A stretch of DNA of 64,000 nucleotides from Nitrospirota bacterium (GCA_963788195.1 CAWBGA010000017.1:480001-544000), one strand, 5' to 3'; counted from the first letter of the stretch, positions 43,610-55,006 are shown. Made by a program: numbers and translations. The notes: generated from the letters alone by a model not told the origin.

Positions 43610-43727
43610 TGACTTGCCTCGCTATCGACACTGTTTACGGAACCGTCGTTTCTAATGCTTGAATATCAGACATTGGAGAGTATGGCAAACGCCCACGCTC
43701 GTGTGCAAGCAGATGCGCAGTAAGGGT

Positions 43728-43953
43728 CATCGAAAATTAATTGCTGCCGCGGGCGGCGCCGAAGCCTGACGACTAGCGACTTGGGCTTCGGGAGCAAGGA
43801 GTCAGGTTTGGCGACAGGTCCCGTCCCATCCTTTTCCTTGACCTTCTCATATCAGAGGATGATTGCTTGACGGGTGACGCTGACCGGAGGTCTTCACCGC
43901 CTTGAGCGCTTCGTGAAGCAGGTGGAGGTGGTCGGCGACAGGACCCGTCAAGC
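43728..43953 (-). repeat. Family-C two-module structured repeat (copy 1)
   Basis: Two modules, each starting ACGGGWCCTGTCGCC; extensive identity to 60128-60455. Confidence 0.8.
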
Positions 43954-44830
43954 CTAAATCAACCGGAGATCTTTCATGACCTGCGTCAGCTTGTCCAGAT
44001 TTTCTTGCGACATACCGCAGAGCGGGAGACGAAGTTCTGGCGTGCATTTTCCCATCAGGGCCACCGCATGCTTGACCGGTATGGGATTCGTCTCCAAGAA
44101 GAGCGCCTGAAAGAGCGGATAGAGTTTGTAGTGTAGGCGGCGCGCCTCTGTGAGGTTCCCTGCCGTCCAGGCATCGATCATTCCCGCCATGTCGGCGGGG
44201 GCGACATTGGCCGTGACGGTGATAACGCCCCGGGCCCCGACGGCCAGCATCGGTAGCGTGAGCGCATCATCGCCGGCTAGAACGGTGAATCGATCGCTGC
44301 AGAGATGCACGATATCGCTGACCTGCTGGAGCGACCCTGAGCCTTCCTTGACGCCGACGATGTTCCTGATCTTAGACAAGCCGCGCGACCGTCTGAGGAG
44401 TGATGTTGACGGCCGTGCGGCCCGGAATGTTGTACAGAACCTGTGGAAGGTCGACCGCTTCAGCAATCGCGCGATGGTGAAGGAAGAGCCCTTCCTGGGT
44501 CGGCTTATTGTAATAAGGTGAGATCAGCAGCGCGCCGTCGGCCCCGACCTCTTTGGCATGCCGTGTCAGCGCGATGGCTTCTTCCGTGGAGTTGGATCCT
44601 GTGCCCGCGATGACCGGTACCCGGCGCTTCACGGCCTGGACGGTCACTTCGATCACACGGTTATGTTCGTCGTATGTCAGGGTCGCGGACTCCCCGCTGG
44701 TTCCACACGGGACGATCCCGTCGGTACCACTGGCGATCTGCCATTCAATCAGATCGCGAAGGGCGGGTTCATCAACCTTGCCGTTTCGAAACGGGGTGAT
44801 AATAGCGACAATGGAGCCGGTAAAACTCAT
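43954..44830 (-). CDS. dapA: 4-hydroxy-tetrahydrodipicolinate synthase (frameshift near 44375)
   Basis: [23 protein letters not shown] and ETNPIPVK motifs. Confidence 0.95.
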
Positions 44831-45663
44831 GCCACCTCGTACTCCCAAGCGTCAGGGCGCATAAATCCGTCATAGATCGCGCGGGCTTCCCCGGTCAGCG
44901 TCACGTCGGTAAAGCGTTCTCCATCACGCCGAAAGGTGACTGTTAACGCCAGACCACTTTTCGGGACGACCGTGACAGGCGATTCCACTTTGTGCACCAG
45001 CGCCGCGATGAGAGCGGCCGCGATAGACCCGCTGCCGCAAGCCAGGGTTTCCGCTTCGACGCCGCGCTCATAGGTCCGAAGGTGAACCGTATGACGATCC
45101 ACGACCTGGGCGAAATTAACATTGGTCCCCTCCGGGTCGAAGACGTCATGAAATCGGGTGGCCCGCCCAATCCCCAGCACATCGGCCTGAACTGTGTTGG
45201 GAACGAAATACACGCAATGGGGAACACCAGTGTTGATACTATGGCCTTCGTGCGTCGTGCCGTCGATCGGGATATGAAGGTTCACCTGGGCCGCCGAGGG
45301 GTCAGGCACGCGCACCGTGACCCGGTAGCCATGCACCTCTGCTTCCACTATCCCAGCCTTTCCCTCAAACCGCATCGCTTTGGTCGCAATCTTCTTCAGA
45401 TAGGCAAATCGTGCGGCGCACCGGGCGCCGTTCCCGCAAAAGTCTGCCTCGCCCCCGTCATCATTGAAGAATCGCCAGCGGAAGTCAGCTCCCCGGGACT
45501 TTTCAATAAATATCAAGCCATCGGCGCCGACTGAGAGATGATGGCGGCATACGTGCGCGACGAATGCAGCCATGGCCTTTGGCTCGATGATCCGGCGTCG
45601 GTTATCGATCACAATGAAGTCATTGCCGGCGCCGGAGAACTTCATGAACGGGATTTTTTTCAT
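44827..45663 (-). CDS. dapF: Diaminopimelate epimerase
   Basis: [17 protein letters not shown] and [14 protein letters not shown] motifs. Confidence 0.96.
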   Translation of the reverse strand: MKKIPFMKFSGAGNDFIVIDNRRRIIEPKAMAAFVAHVCRHHLSVGADGLIFIEKSRGADFRWRFFNDDGGEADFCGNGARCAARFAYLKKIATKAMRFEGKAGIVEAEVHGYRVTVRVPDPSAAQVNLHIPIDGTTHEGHSINTGVPHCVYFVPNTVQADVLGIGRATRFHDVFDPEGTNVNFAQVVDRHTVHLRTYERGVEAETLACGSGSIAAALIAALVHKVESPVTVVPKSGLALTVTFRRDGERFTDVTLTGEARAIYDGFMRPDAWEYEVA

Positions 45664-45667
45664 GGCG

Positions 45668-46933
45668 TTACTTTAGAAAGGCGGGGATTGTCTCGCCCCT
45701 GACCAGGTCCGCATAGTCTTCCCGCGCCCGAATTACATGGATCTCTTTGTCTCGAACCAGCACCTCAGGAACCCGCGGCCGGGAATTATAGTTCGAGGCC
45801 ATGCTGAAACCATAGGCGCCGGCACTCATCACGGCGAGGAGGTCGCCGGGATCACCTAGCGCCATCATCCGATCCTTCGCCAGAAAGTCCCCAGACTCGC
45901 ATACCGGCCCCACGATGTCTATGAGCACCTGCTTTTTGGCCTTCCCCCGGTTCTCCCGCACGGGCTTGATCTCGTGGTAGGCGCCGTACAGGGACGGCCG
46001 GATGAGATCGTTCATCGCGGCATCCACGATCAGGAAGGTCTTGTCGGGATTGGCCTTCTGGTACAGGACCTTCGTCAAGAGAACCCCGGCGTTACCGACG
46101 ATAGAGCGACCCGGCTCAAAGATCAAGACACATTTAAGATCCTTGAGGAGCGGGGAGATCGCACGCGCGAGATCCTCGGGTTGAGGCGGTACCTCGTCCT
46201 GGTACGTGATGCCGAGCCCGCCGCCGACGTTCAGATAGCGGATTTCCACCCCGATCCCTTTGAGCTGCTCGACAAGGCCAAGAATTTTTCTCAACGCATC
46301 AACATACGGGCTGACAGTCATCAACTGCGAGCCGATGTGCTTGTGCACGCCGACGATCTCGATGTTCTCAAGCGTGGTCGCGAGCTTAAATTCATCCAGC
46401 GCCCGCTCCGCGCTGATGCCGAACTTGCTCTTCTTCAGGCCGGTTGAGATGTATGGATGGGTTTTCGGATCGATGTCGGGGTTGATCCTCAGCGCTACCC
46501 GCGCATTGGTATGGAGCTCGCCTGCCACCCGATCGATCGCCACGAGCTCGGCCGAAGACTCCACATTGAACATAAGAATTTCGGACCGTAGCGCATAACG
46601 AATCTCTTCATCCGTCTTCCCCACCCCCGCGAAAACGATCCGGTGGGGCGTGAGGCCGGCTTGTAATGCACGATACAATTCGCCTCCGGATACAATATCT
46701 CCTCCGGCGCCTTCCTCGGCCAGCAGTCGCAAGATAGCAATGTTGGAATTTGCCTTAATCGCGTAAGCCGTGATGTGGGGCACATCTTTAAACGCGGTAT
46801 CGAACGCGCGAAATTGTCGAATCAGCCGCGCATGGCTGTATACATAACACGGGGTGCCGACGGTATCGGCGATTTTCTGAAACGGGACGGATTCGCAGTA
46901 AAACTCTCCGTCCAGGTACCGAAAATCAGGCAT
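45668..46933 (-). CDS. lysA: Diaminopimelate decarboxylase
   Basis: YAIKAN, HIGSQ, EPGRS, GPVCESGD and SNYNSRPR motifs. Confidence 0.96.
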   Translation of the reverse strand: MPDFRYLDGEFYCESVPFQKIADTVGTPCYVYSHARLIRQFRAFDTAFKDVPHITAYAIKANSNIAILRLLAEEGAGGDIVSGGELYRALQAGLTPHRIVFAGVGKTDEEIRYALRSEILMFNVESSAELVAIDRVAGELHTNARVALRINPDIDPKTHPYISTGLKKSKFGISAERALDEFKLATTLENIEIVGVHKHIGSQLMTVSPYVDALRKILGLVEQLKGIGVEIRYLNVGGGLGITYQDEVPPQPEDLARAISPLLKDLKCVLIFEPGRSIVGNAGVLLTKVLYQKANPDKTFLIVDAAMNDLIRPSLYGAYHEIKPVRENRGKAKKQVLIDIVGPVCESGDFLAKDRMMALGDPGDLLAVMSAGAYGFSMASNYNSRPRVPEVLVRDKEIHVIRAREDYADLVRGETIPAFLK

Positions 46934-48800
46934 TCTGCGGCTCTTCCTCGAAGAGGTCCAGGCCGTGGAAATTTATGTCGTCGGCTGCCAAGCCGAACGC
47001 ATCCTTGAGCTTTCGATAACGCACTCGCGCGGAGGGAGCGGCTCGCTTAAAAAAGTCGCCGTCCAGCAGGGTATGCAGGGCTTGAGGCGTGGCATGACGT
47101 AGATGCTCAAAATTCAGAATGATGTCCAGCTTGGCTTTATTCGCGGCATCCGCGAGACGAGTTTTCAACTCAGCGGCATTCAGATGGTCCAGCGCGCCCT
47201 CCAACTCCACCATCAGGGCCGTGAGTTTTTCATGCTTGCGCGTCTTGATGCTGAGGAACTGGTCCACCTGTCCCGAGACCTTCTTGAGGGCCAGCAGCGC
47301 GTTGGGGATCGAATTCTCCATCCTCACTGAGGGCAGCTTTGCCTGCAATGTTTTGATCACCGTCGCAACAGGACTCAGTTGGCCTTTCGGGCACGCGCGT
47401 TTGATCACGCGTCGGAACTCGCGGTTCATGATCAATCTCGGCGCCAGCCGCTGGCCTGTGTGGGCCAATCGCCGGTAAATGTTCGGTATGGAATAGAACG
47501 TGTGGTTCGCCCAGTAAAAGCCGTTCTCCAACTGCTCAGGTGTCATGCGCGTGGGAGTAAACGTGACGTGCTTTCCGTCATAGTGCGCCCAATTGCGGTC
47601 GAAGATCCGGCCTGCGGCCTCATAGCGCGTGTACAACGGCGTCCCGGGTAACGGCGTGAGCACATTGAAGTAAGCGAGCTCGCACTTGTTACGGACCAGA
47701 AATTCCACTGTGCGCTCAAACACGGACTCATCGTCATTGTCAAACCCGAACACGATCCCCGGGTTCACCATGATGCCATGGTTATGGAATGTCTGAATTT
47801 CCTCTTCGAATTTCTTGACCCGATTGAACGGCTTGTGGGTCTCGCCGAGGCTCTCCTCGAAGATCGATTCCATCCCCACGAATACCGACACACACCCGCT
47901 TTCCGCTGCGAGCTTGACCATCTCCTCGTCATCCCCGAGAAACAGCGTGGACTGGCACCCCCATTTGAGGCCCAAGGGCTTCAGCGCGGCCCATAGCTCC
48001 CGGCAGTACGCGCGGTTGCTATTATGCAGATCGTCCACAAACGCGACGATGCCGCCGTCCTCGATCCCGAAGCGGATCTTGGCGGCCAGCGCGAGGGCAT
48101 CCAACATCGAGCCCTTTCCCAAGCGTCCCACAAGCTCGCCGCACACGAACTCGCGCACGCGCTTGATCTCCGTGATGACTTCCGCCACCGGCCGCCGGCG
48201 CGTGCTCTTTCCGTTAAAGGGCGACACACTGCAGAACTCGCAGTCGAAATGACATCCTCGGGTGGTAAAGGTGCATTGGCGCGTCATGTAAGCCGAGTCG
48301 GCCAGGAGCTCAACGCGAGGCCGGCGATAGTTGTCAAGCGCCGGGAAACCATCCATTTTGTAGTGCCGCTGCATCTGGCCCTTTTCAAAATCGCTGACCA
48401 GGCGCGGCCACGTATCTTCCGCCTCTCCGGTCACGATCGCATCGCAGTGCTGCAACGCCTCATCGGCGCAATATGTGGGATGCACGCCCCCGAGAACCAC
48501 CGGGACGCCACGCTTCTTGAACTCGGCAGCGATCTCGTAGGCGCGTGGGGCATAACAGGTCATGATTGAAATGCCGACCATGTCCGCCGGATGCTCAAAG
48601 TCGATGTCGCGCACCGCCTCATCCTGGATTTCCACATCCCAATGCTCCGGCGTGTACGCTGCGATAACCGGAAGACTCAATTTCGGAAACCAGATGGCCT
48701 TTCTCTCGCTTGGCCCGAGGTGATAAGGGTTGTCCCGTGGATAGGGATCCACCAGCAATAGTTTTCTTCGCTTCGGCTGCGAGAGTTTCACGAGCTGCAT
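46926..48800 (-). CDS. B12-binding radical SAM protein with C-terminal STAS-like domain
   Basis: LGGVHPT, GEAE, TRGCHFDCEFC and TPLPGT motifs; tail VELEGALDHLNAAELK...IILNFEHL. Confidence 0.85.
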   Translation of the reverse strand: MQLVKLSQPKRRKLLLVDPYPRDNPYHLGPSERKAIWFPKLSLPVIAAYTPEHWDVEIQDEAVRDIDFEHPADMVGISIMTCYAPRAYEIAAEFKKRGVPVVLGGVHPTYCADEALQHCDAIVTGEAEDTWPRLVSDFEKGQMQRHYKMDGFPALDNYRRPRVELLADSAYMTRQCTFTTRGCHFDCEFCSVSPFNGKSTRRRPVAEVITEIKRVREFVCGELVGRLGKGSMLDALALAAKIRFGIEDGGIVAFVDDLHNSNRAYCRELWAALKPLGLKWGCQSTLFLGDDEEMVKLAAESGCVSVFVGMESIFEESLGETHKPFNRVKKFEEEIQTFHNHGIMVNPGIVFGFDNDDESVFERTVEFLVRNKCELAYFNVLTPLPGTPLYTRYEAAGRIFDRNWAHYDGKHVTFTPTRMTPEQLENGFYWANHTFYSIPNIYRRLAHTGQRLAPRLIMNREFRRVIKRACPKGQLSPVATVIKTLQAKLPSVRMENSIPNALLALKKVSGQVDQFLSIKTRKHEKLTALMVELEGALDHLNAAELKTRLADAANKAKLDIILNFEHLRHATPQALHTLLDGDFFKRAAPSARVRYRKLKDAFGLAADDINFHGLDLFEEEPQNA

Positions 48801-48894
48801 TACATCACCTCATCTGGTTCATAAAAATGGCTGCCGCGCTAAAGGCCACCGGCAACCTATTAGTGTACTCTTGTCGCCGCCAAAATGCTCTCCC

Positions 48895-49069
48895 TCATTG
48901 AGGGGGCAACGTCTGACGATCCTTCTCTTGGTTTGGTTGCGTTGAGCGCGGGTCCTCGGGAACCACCGGCGGGCCTTTCTTGCCGCAACCCGCCCCCGAG
49001 CAGTAGGAAGCCGAGAATAAAGCTCCCGAGCATTACGCGCGCCGTACACATCGTTGCCCGCAATCTCAT
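48895..49069 (-). CDS. Small lipoprotein, LptM/YifL/LppL-like (hidden by a homopolymer frameshift)
   Basis: Adding one G to the G5 run near 48995 gives LLLGAG-CGKKGPPVVPEDP...; lipobox plus CGxKGP motif; located in the argH-lysA-dapF cluster. Confidence 0.7.
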
Positions 49070-50484
49070 GACTGCGTTCTGAATTCCTTCTCCAACGCTG
49101 CTAGTCGGGCGCCAACACGTTGGCGCGCAGTTCCGCCGACTTGAGCTTTCCGCTCCAATGCCCCTTCGATGGTGAGCATATCCAGCGCATCCTTTTCAAA
49201 CGACTTCGAGAAGACACGAAGCTCTTCCAAGCTCACCTCAGTCAAATCCTTGCCGCGGTCCAAACAGTCTCGAACGAGGCGGCCAACGGTTTCATGCGCC
49301 GCACGAAACGGAATGCCTTTGAGTACCAAATAGTCCGCAAGCTCCGTCGCCAAGAGAAATCCAGATGACGCCGCTGCCGCCAACACCTGCCGCCGCACCG
49401 TCATACCTTCGAGCGTCTTGACCAACATGGGAACGCAGGCCTGGACCGTATCCAACGCGTCGAACACCGACGCCTTATCCTCTTGCAAATCGCGGTTATA
49501 GGTCAATGGAAGACCCTTGAGGGTCGTCAGCAGATTGACCAGGTGGCCATAGACCCTTCCTGTCTTGCCTCGGATAAGCTCCGGAACGTCCGGATTCTTT
49601 TTCTGCGGCATCATGCTGCTGCCGGTGCAGACCGAGTCAGGCAGTTCGATGAATCCGAATTCCTGTGACGACCAAAGGACCAATTCTTCAGCCAGCCGTG
49701 AGGCATGCGCCATGATCAGCGAGAGGGCGGCAACGGTTTCCACGACGAAATCGCGGTCGGAGACCGCGTCCAGACTGTTCTGGCTGATCGCGGGGAAGTG
49801 CAGGAGCTGCGCCGTGTATGCCCGGTCTAAGGGATAGTTGGTTCCCGCCAGGGCCCCGGAGCCCAGAGGCATGACATTGATGCGCGGGATCGCGTCACGG
49901 AGACGGTCCTTGTCCCTCTCCGCCATTTCGACATAAGCGAGGAGATGGTGCGCGAGGAGGACGGGCTGCGCTCGCTGCAAATGTGTATAACCGGGCATGA
50001 CGGTTCCCAGTTCCCGGCGGCCGACGGTAACGAGGGTGTGCTGGAGCTTCTTTAAGCCGGCGATGACATCTGTGACGGCGTCGCGCAAATAGAGCCGTAG
50101 GTCCAATGCGACCTGATCATTACGGCTCCGGCCCGTGTGAAGCTTTCCACCAACTGCTCCGACGATGGCAGTCAAACGAGACTCGATGGCCATGTGAATG
50201 TCTTCCTGCCCGGGAAGAAACTGAAACCGCCCTTCGGTAATCTCGCGTTCCACCTGTTGGAGGCCTTTCATGAGACGGCCGGACTCACGCGAAGTCAAAA
50301 TCCCGGCGCGCTCGAGTGTCTTGCAGTGGGCGAGGCTGCCTGCAATGTCGTGGCGATACAGCCTCCAATCCACGGCGATGGAGGAAGTGAAGGCCTCCAC
50401 ATCCGGATCCGTTGCGGCACGGAAACGCCCGCCCCAGGGTTTGTGACCCACCTTGCGTGACGGCAATTTTTTCCTGGACTTCAT
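49066..50484 (-). CDS. argH: Argininosuccinate lyase
   Basis: [20 protein letters not shown] and [12 protein letters not shown] motifs. Confidence 0.97.
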   Translation of the reverse strand: MKSRKKLPSRKVGHKPWGGRFRAATDPDVEAFTSSIAVDWRLYRHDIAGSLAHCKTLERAGILTSRESGRLMKGLQQVEREITEGRFQFLPGQEDIHMAIESRLTAIVGAVGGKLHTGRSRNDQVALDLRLYLRDAVTDVIAGLKKLQHTLVTVGRRELGTVMPGYTHLQRAQPVLLAHHLLAYVEMAERDKDRLRDAIPRINVMPLGSGALAGTNYPLDRAYTAQLLHFPAISQNSLDAVSDRDFVVETVAALSLIMAHASRLAEELVLWSSQEFGFIELPDSVCTGSSMMPQKKNPDVPELIRGKTGRVYGHLVNLLTTLKGLPLTYNRDLQEDKASVFDALDTVQACVPMLVKTLEGMTVRRQVLAAAASSGFLLATELADYLVLKGIPFRAAHETVGRLVRDCLDRGKDLTEVSLEELRVFSKSFEKDALDMLTIEGALERKAQVGGTARQRVGARLAALEKEFRTQS

Positions 50485-51714
50485 GCCCAGCCGACGCCTT
50501 TGGCTCGTTTGCGAGAGGCGCGAATGGCCAGCCTCAGCCCATTGAGGCGAATAAAGCCTTCGGCGTCTTTCTGCCGATAGACGTCATCTTCCTCGAAAGT
50601 CGCCATATCAAGCCGGTAGAGCGAGCGAGGAGACTGCCGGCCCACGACCGTGCAGCTCCCCTTATAGAGTCTCACACGCGCCGTCCCTGTGACATCACGT
50701 TGGGACTCATCAACCGCCGCCTGCAGCATCTGGCGCTCGGGCGCGTCCCAATATCCATAATAGACCATCTCGGCATATCGGGGAATGAGCGAATCCCTCA
50801 GATGAAGGACCTCGCGATCCAGGGTAAGCGATTCGACCGCGCGGTGAGCGGCGTGTAAGATCGTGCCCCCGGGAGTTTCATACACTCCCCGCGATTTCAT
50901 TCCTACATAGCGGTTTTCCACAATATCAATCCGGCCAATGCCATGCGCCCCGCCTCGCTCATTGAGCTGCTGCCAACAGAGCGGCAGGCGAAAGCCGTTT
51001 GCCGTCCAGCGCGACGGGATTGCCCTGCTGGTATTCGATCTCAACATAGAGAGGTTTCGCCGGCGCCTTTTCGGGCGAGACGGTCATCTGAAAGATTTCT
51101 TCAGGCGCTTCTACCCAGGGATCTTCGAGAATGCCGCCTTCATAGCTGACGTGAAACGAATTCCGGTCGGTGCTATACGGTTTGGCTTTCGTCGCGGTGA
51201 CCGGAATATCGTGGCGCTTGGCGTAGTCAATCAAATCTTGGCGCGAGCGAAAGGTCCATTCCCGCCAGGGGGCGATGATTTTGATGGAAGGATTCAAGGC
51301 CAGATATGTCAGCTCGAATCTTACCTGATCATTGCCCTTCCCGGTAGCGCCATGGCCGACCGCCTCGATATTTTCGCGCTCCGCGATCTCGATCTGACGC
51401 CGTGCGATCAACGGCCGTGCGATGGAGGTGCCGAGCAGATAGCTGCCTTCGTACATCGCATTGGCGCGAAGCATCGGGAAAATATAGTCCCGTGCAAATA
51501 CCTCGCGCAGGTCCTCTATATAGACCTTGGTGGCCCCGAGCTTCATCGCTTTTGATTTGACCGCCTTCATGTCTTCACCCTGGCCCAAGTCGGCGCAGAA
51601 AGCGACGACGTCATACCCGAGTGTCTCTTGCATCCATTTTAAGATGACGGAGGTGTCGAGTCCGCCCGAATAGGCGAGGACAACTCGCTTGTGACGAAGT
51701 TTCGCGCCGCGCAT
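50481..51714 (-). CDS. argG: Argininosuccinate synthase (frameshift near 50965)
   Basis: [24 protein letters not shown] and [10 protein letters not shown] motifs. Confidence 0.96.
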
Positions 51715-51718
51715 AGGT

Positions 51719-52655
51719 CTACCTATCCCGCAGCAGGCGAATGAGAATCGCTTTCTGAACATGCAGCCGATTCTCGGCTTGATCCAATATGACGGAGTGC
51801 GGGCCATCCAATACCGACGTGGTAATCTCCTGACCGCGATGTGCGGGCAAGCAGTGCATGACGATCGCATCCTTTTTCCCCGCCCCTAATAGCCGATCAT
51901 TCAGCTGGTAGGGGCTCAAGACTTTCATCCGGCGAGCTTGCTCCTTTTCATGGCCCATGCTGATCCAGACATCGGTGTAGAGCACATCCGCGCCTTTCAC
52001 CGCCACAAATGGGTCGCGCAGAATTTCGATCGACGCGCCTGTGTGACGAGAACGCTCGCGCGCCCAGTCCACAATGGCCCCATCCGGCTCATACCCTGAG
52101 GGGCAGGCGACACTGATGGCCATGCCCATGATAGCTGCCCCTTCCAGCAGCGAGTTCGCCACATTGTTGCCATCGCCGACGTACGCGATTTTAATCCCCT
52201 TCAGCTTCTGTTTTTTCTCCCGAATGGTAAACAGATCCGACAGCCCCTGGCAGGGATGATGCAGATCGGTAAGACCGTTGATAACGGGTATTGTCGCGTT
52301 TTTTGCCCATTCTTCCACGCTATGATGGTCGTAGGAGCGGATGACGAGGCCATCGAGGTAACGCGACAAGACGCGCGCGGTGTCAGCGACACTTTCCCCT
52401 CGGCGCATTTGAATGTCCGCGACTGAGAGGAACAGGGACTGCCCGCCAAGCTGATTCATACCGGCCTCAAAAGAGACCCGCGTGCGTGTCGACGGCTTCT
52501 CGAAGTAGAGTCCCAGGGTCTTCCCACTCAGCCGTTGCGCCGTAAGCCCCCGCCGTCGCATCGCTTTGAGATCAGCGGCCTCGCGAAAGACAGCAGAGGA
52601 TCTGTGCGCGGGAGAGATCATGTACCGCCAGTAGATGTTGTTGAAACGAAGTCAC
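51719..52655 (-). CDS. argF: Ornithine carbamoyltransferase (frameshift near 52600)
   Basis: STRTR, HPCQ, SMG and HCLP motifs; GTG start overlaps the argD stop. Confidence 0.95.
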
Positions 52656-53849
52656 CGCCGAGCCTCAAGGACTTCACCAAGAACAATGAGGACACGGTCG
52701 ATCTCAGCCTGTGTCACGATCAACGGCGGCACAAACCTGAGCATGCGTTCACTGGTGGCATTGCCCAATATGCCACGTTTTCGCAGATCGTGGACAATAT
52801 CCTTCGCGTTCACCGTGACTTCAACACCAATCATCAATCCAAGGCCTTGCACGTCGGTGATCACGGGACAGCCCGACTGGAGGTCCTTTAAGGCTTTGAG
52901 AAAGTGCTCTCCCATGCGCGTGCAATGCCCTAGAATGTCTTGATCTTCAAGAATCACCTCCATGACTGCCAGGGCGGCCATGCACGCGAGAGGGTTGCCG
53001 CCGAAAGTGGAGCCATGGCTGCCAGGCGTAAAGGCAGCAGCGACCGGATTGGTCGCGAGGCATGCACCAATCGGTATCCCGCCGCCCAAGGCTTTGGCGA
53101 GAGTCATGATGTCCGGTGCAACGCCGTAATGCTCATAGGCAAACAGTTTGCCAGTCCGACCCATGCCGGTTTGGATCTCGTCGAAGATCAGGAGGGCCCC
53201 TTGAGCTCCTGGTAATTTCACGGCAAGCCCTTAAGAAGGCAGGCGTGGCGACCCGGATGCCGCCTTCGCCCTGCACAGGCTCGACGATGACGGCTGCGGT
53301 CCTTGCCGAGACCGCGGTGCTTAAGGCGTTTTCGTCGTTAAAAGGAGTGTAGCGAAAGCCTTCCGGTAACGGCTCAAACCCTTTGTGAAGTTTCTCCTGT
53401 CCGGATGCTGTGAGTGTCCCCAACGTGCGGCCGTGGAAGGAGTTCAGCATCGAGACGATCTCAAACCGATTACCGCCGTCGCGCTCATGCGCCCACTTGC
53501 GGGCGAGCTTGATCGCCGCCTCATTAGCTTCCGCACCGCTGTTGCAGAAGAAGACCTTGTCGGCGAATGAATGATCGACCAGCACCTTTGCTAATCGTAC
53601 TTGTGGTTCGCTGTAAAAGAGGTTGGATATCTGTATGAGGGAATGTGCTTGCTGCTGGATCGCTAATGTCACCTTCGGATGACAATGACCGAGAATGTTA
53701 ACGGCAAGGCCGGCAAAAAAATCCAAATATTCCCGGCCTTCCACGTCCCATACCCGTGTCCCCTGTCCCCTTCTTATCGCCAGCGGATAGCGCGTATAGG
53801 TGTCCATAAGGTACTGGCGGACGTGGTCAAATAGTTCTTCAGTAATCAT
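52652..53849 (-). CDS. argD: Acetylornithine aminotransferase (frameshift near 53200)
   Basis: NSGAEANE, SFHGRT, EPVQGEGG, DEIQTG, TLAKALGGG and HGSTFGGNP motifs. Confidence 0.95.
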
Positions 53850-53912
53850 CTTCGGCGAAAATTCAGGCGGGCTGAAGAATCGGGCGCGGCCTTTTCATCG
53901 TTGCTCTTATCA

Positions 53913-54260
53913 CTACGTCTTCGGCGGAGAAGACGGTGGCGAACCGAAAGCCTTCTCAAGCAAAGGCTCAAGCTCACCATTTTTCTCCATGGGATTTAGG
54001 ATGTCGGTATCCCCGTAGAAGGTTCCATCGATAAAGACTTTTGGCAACGTCGGCCAGTTTGTCATCTTCGTCAAGGCTTCACGCTTGGCGGGGTTTTGCA
54101 ACACATTGATGAGCTCATAGGGATGGCCATACTTGTCGAAGAACTGCATCGTCTCCATCGTGAAACCGCATTGAGGAGCCGACTTCGTACCTTTTCCGTA
54201 GATCAGAATCTTATGCTTTTTAATCTCTTGTTCGATTTCTTCTTGAATAGGATCTGCCAT
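53913..54260 (-). CDS. grxD: Monothiol glutaredoxin (Grx4-like)
   Basis: KGT...PQCGFT and WPT motifs; adjacent to bolA. Confidence 0.85.
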   Translation of the reverse strand: MADPIQEEIEQEIKKHKILIYGKGTKSAPQCGFTMETMQFFDKYGHPYELINVLQNPAKREALTKMTNWPTLPKVFIDGTFYGDTDILNPMEKNGELEPLLEKAFGSPPSSPPKT

Positions 54261-54280
54261 AGTATTCTCCTCTTAAGGGC

Positions 54281-54520
54281 TTACGCCCCGTCTTTGGTTT
54301 CGGCCTTGATTTCCAATGCGTGAATGCGACCGTCCTTCATCGGCTCGGCCAATGCGTCATAGACCAGCCGGTGCCGGTCCAGAAGATTCTTCCCTTTAAA
54401 TTCGTCCGACACGATGCGAACACTGAAATGATCCATGGTACCTGTCCGGTCCATCACGGAAACGGACGCATCGGGCATGCGTTGCTGAATGTAGCTAGTT
54501 AAAGATTCTGCGCTGATCAT
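54281..54520 (-). CDS. BolA-family protein
   Basis: HF...FKGKNLLDRHRLVY...IHALEI. Confidence 0.92.
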   Translation of the reverse strand: MISAESLTSYIQQRMPDASVSVMDRTGTMDHFSVRIVSDEFKGKNLLDRHRLVYDALAEPMKDGRIHALEIKAETKDGA

Positions 54521-54583
54521 GACTCCTTTAAGAGAATCTCAGGAAACCACTGATTCCCCGTCGGCGTTAAACAATCACCACGC

Positions 54584-54638
54584 CCTCGGGAGAAACGAGC
54601 TCGTCTTGGCGAGCTCGGGGCGGGTTGGGTGTAATGGC
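54584..54638 (-). repeat. Family-B hairpin unit downstream of tRNA-Ala
   Basis: CCATTACACCCAACCCGCCCC-GAGCTCG-ccaaga-CGAGCTC-GTTTCTCCCGAGG. Confidence 0.75.
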
Positions 54639-54652
54639 GAGCAAGCTCTGTT

Positions 54653-54728
54653 TGGTGGAGGGTAGGGGATTTGAACCCCCGACCCCGACGTTGCGAACGT
54701 CGTGCTCTCCCAACTGAGCTAACCCCCC
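54653..54728 (-). tRNA. tRNA-Ala (anticodon CGC)
   Basis: 76 nt GGGGGGTTAGCTCAGTTGGGAGAGCACGACGTT-CGC-AACGTCGGGGTCGGGGGTTCAAATCCCCTACCCTCCACCA; G3:U70 pair; encoded CCA. Confidence 0.96.
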
Positions 54729-54729
54729 A

Positions 54730-54875
54730 CATTACACCCGCCCGCCCTGGCGCTGCCAAGACAGCGCCTTGTCCCATGGGCACCCACCCGCCCCGCCGCT
54801 GCCATTGCACCCACCAACCCTGGAGTCTGCCAAGACAGTACTCCTTGGCCCCCTGGACAGCTCGCTTTTCCCGTC
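54730..54875 (+). repeat. Family-B hairpin cluster with a nested unit
   Basis: GGCGCTG-ccaaga-CAGCGCC, then GCTG-c[CATTGCACCC...GGAGTCTG-ccaaga-CAGTACTCC...CCCTG]ga-CAGC. Confidence 0.8.
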
Positions 54876-55006
54876 GACCCACCCGCCACTAGAGCTATCG
54901 ACCCTTGCAAGTGAAGAGCAACGGGTACCCCGGCTTTTACCCGGACAGACTTCTTTTCCCCTGTTCGCGTACAAGTGGCTGAGTATACAACAGCTTACAC
55001 CGAATG

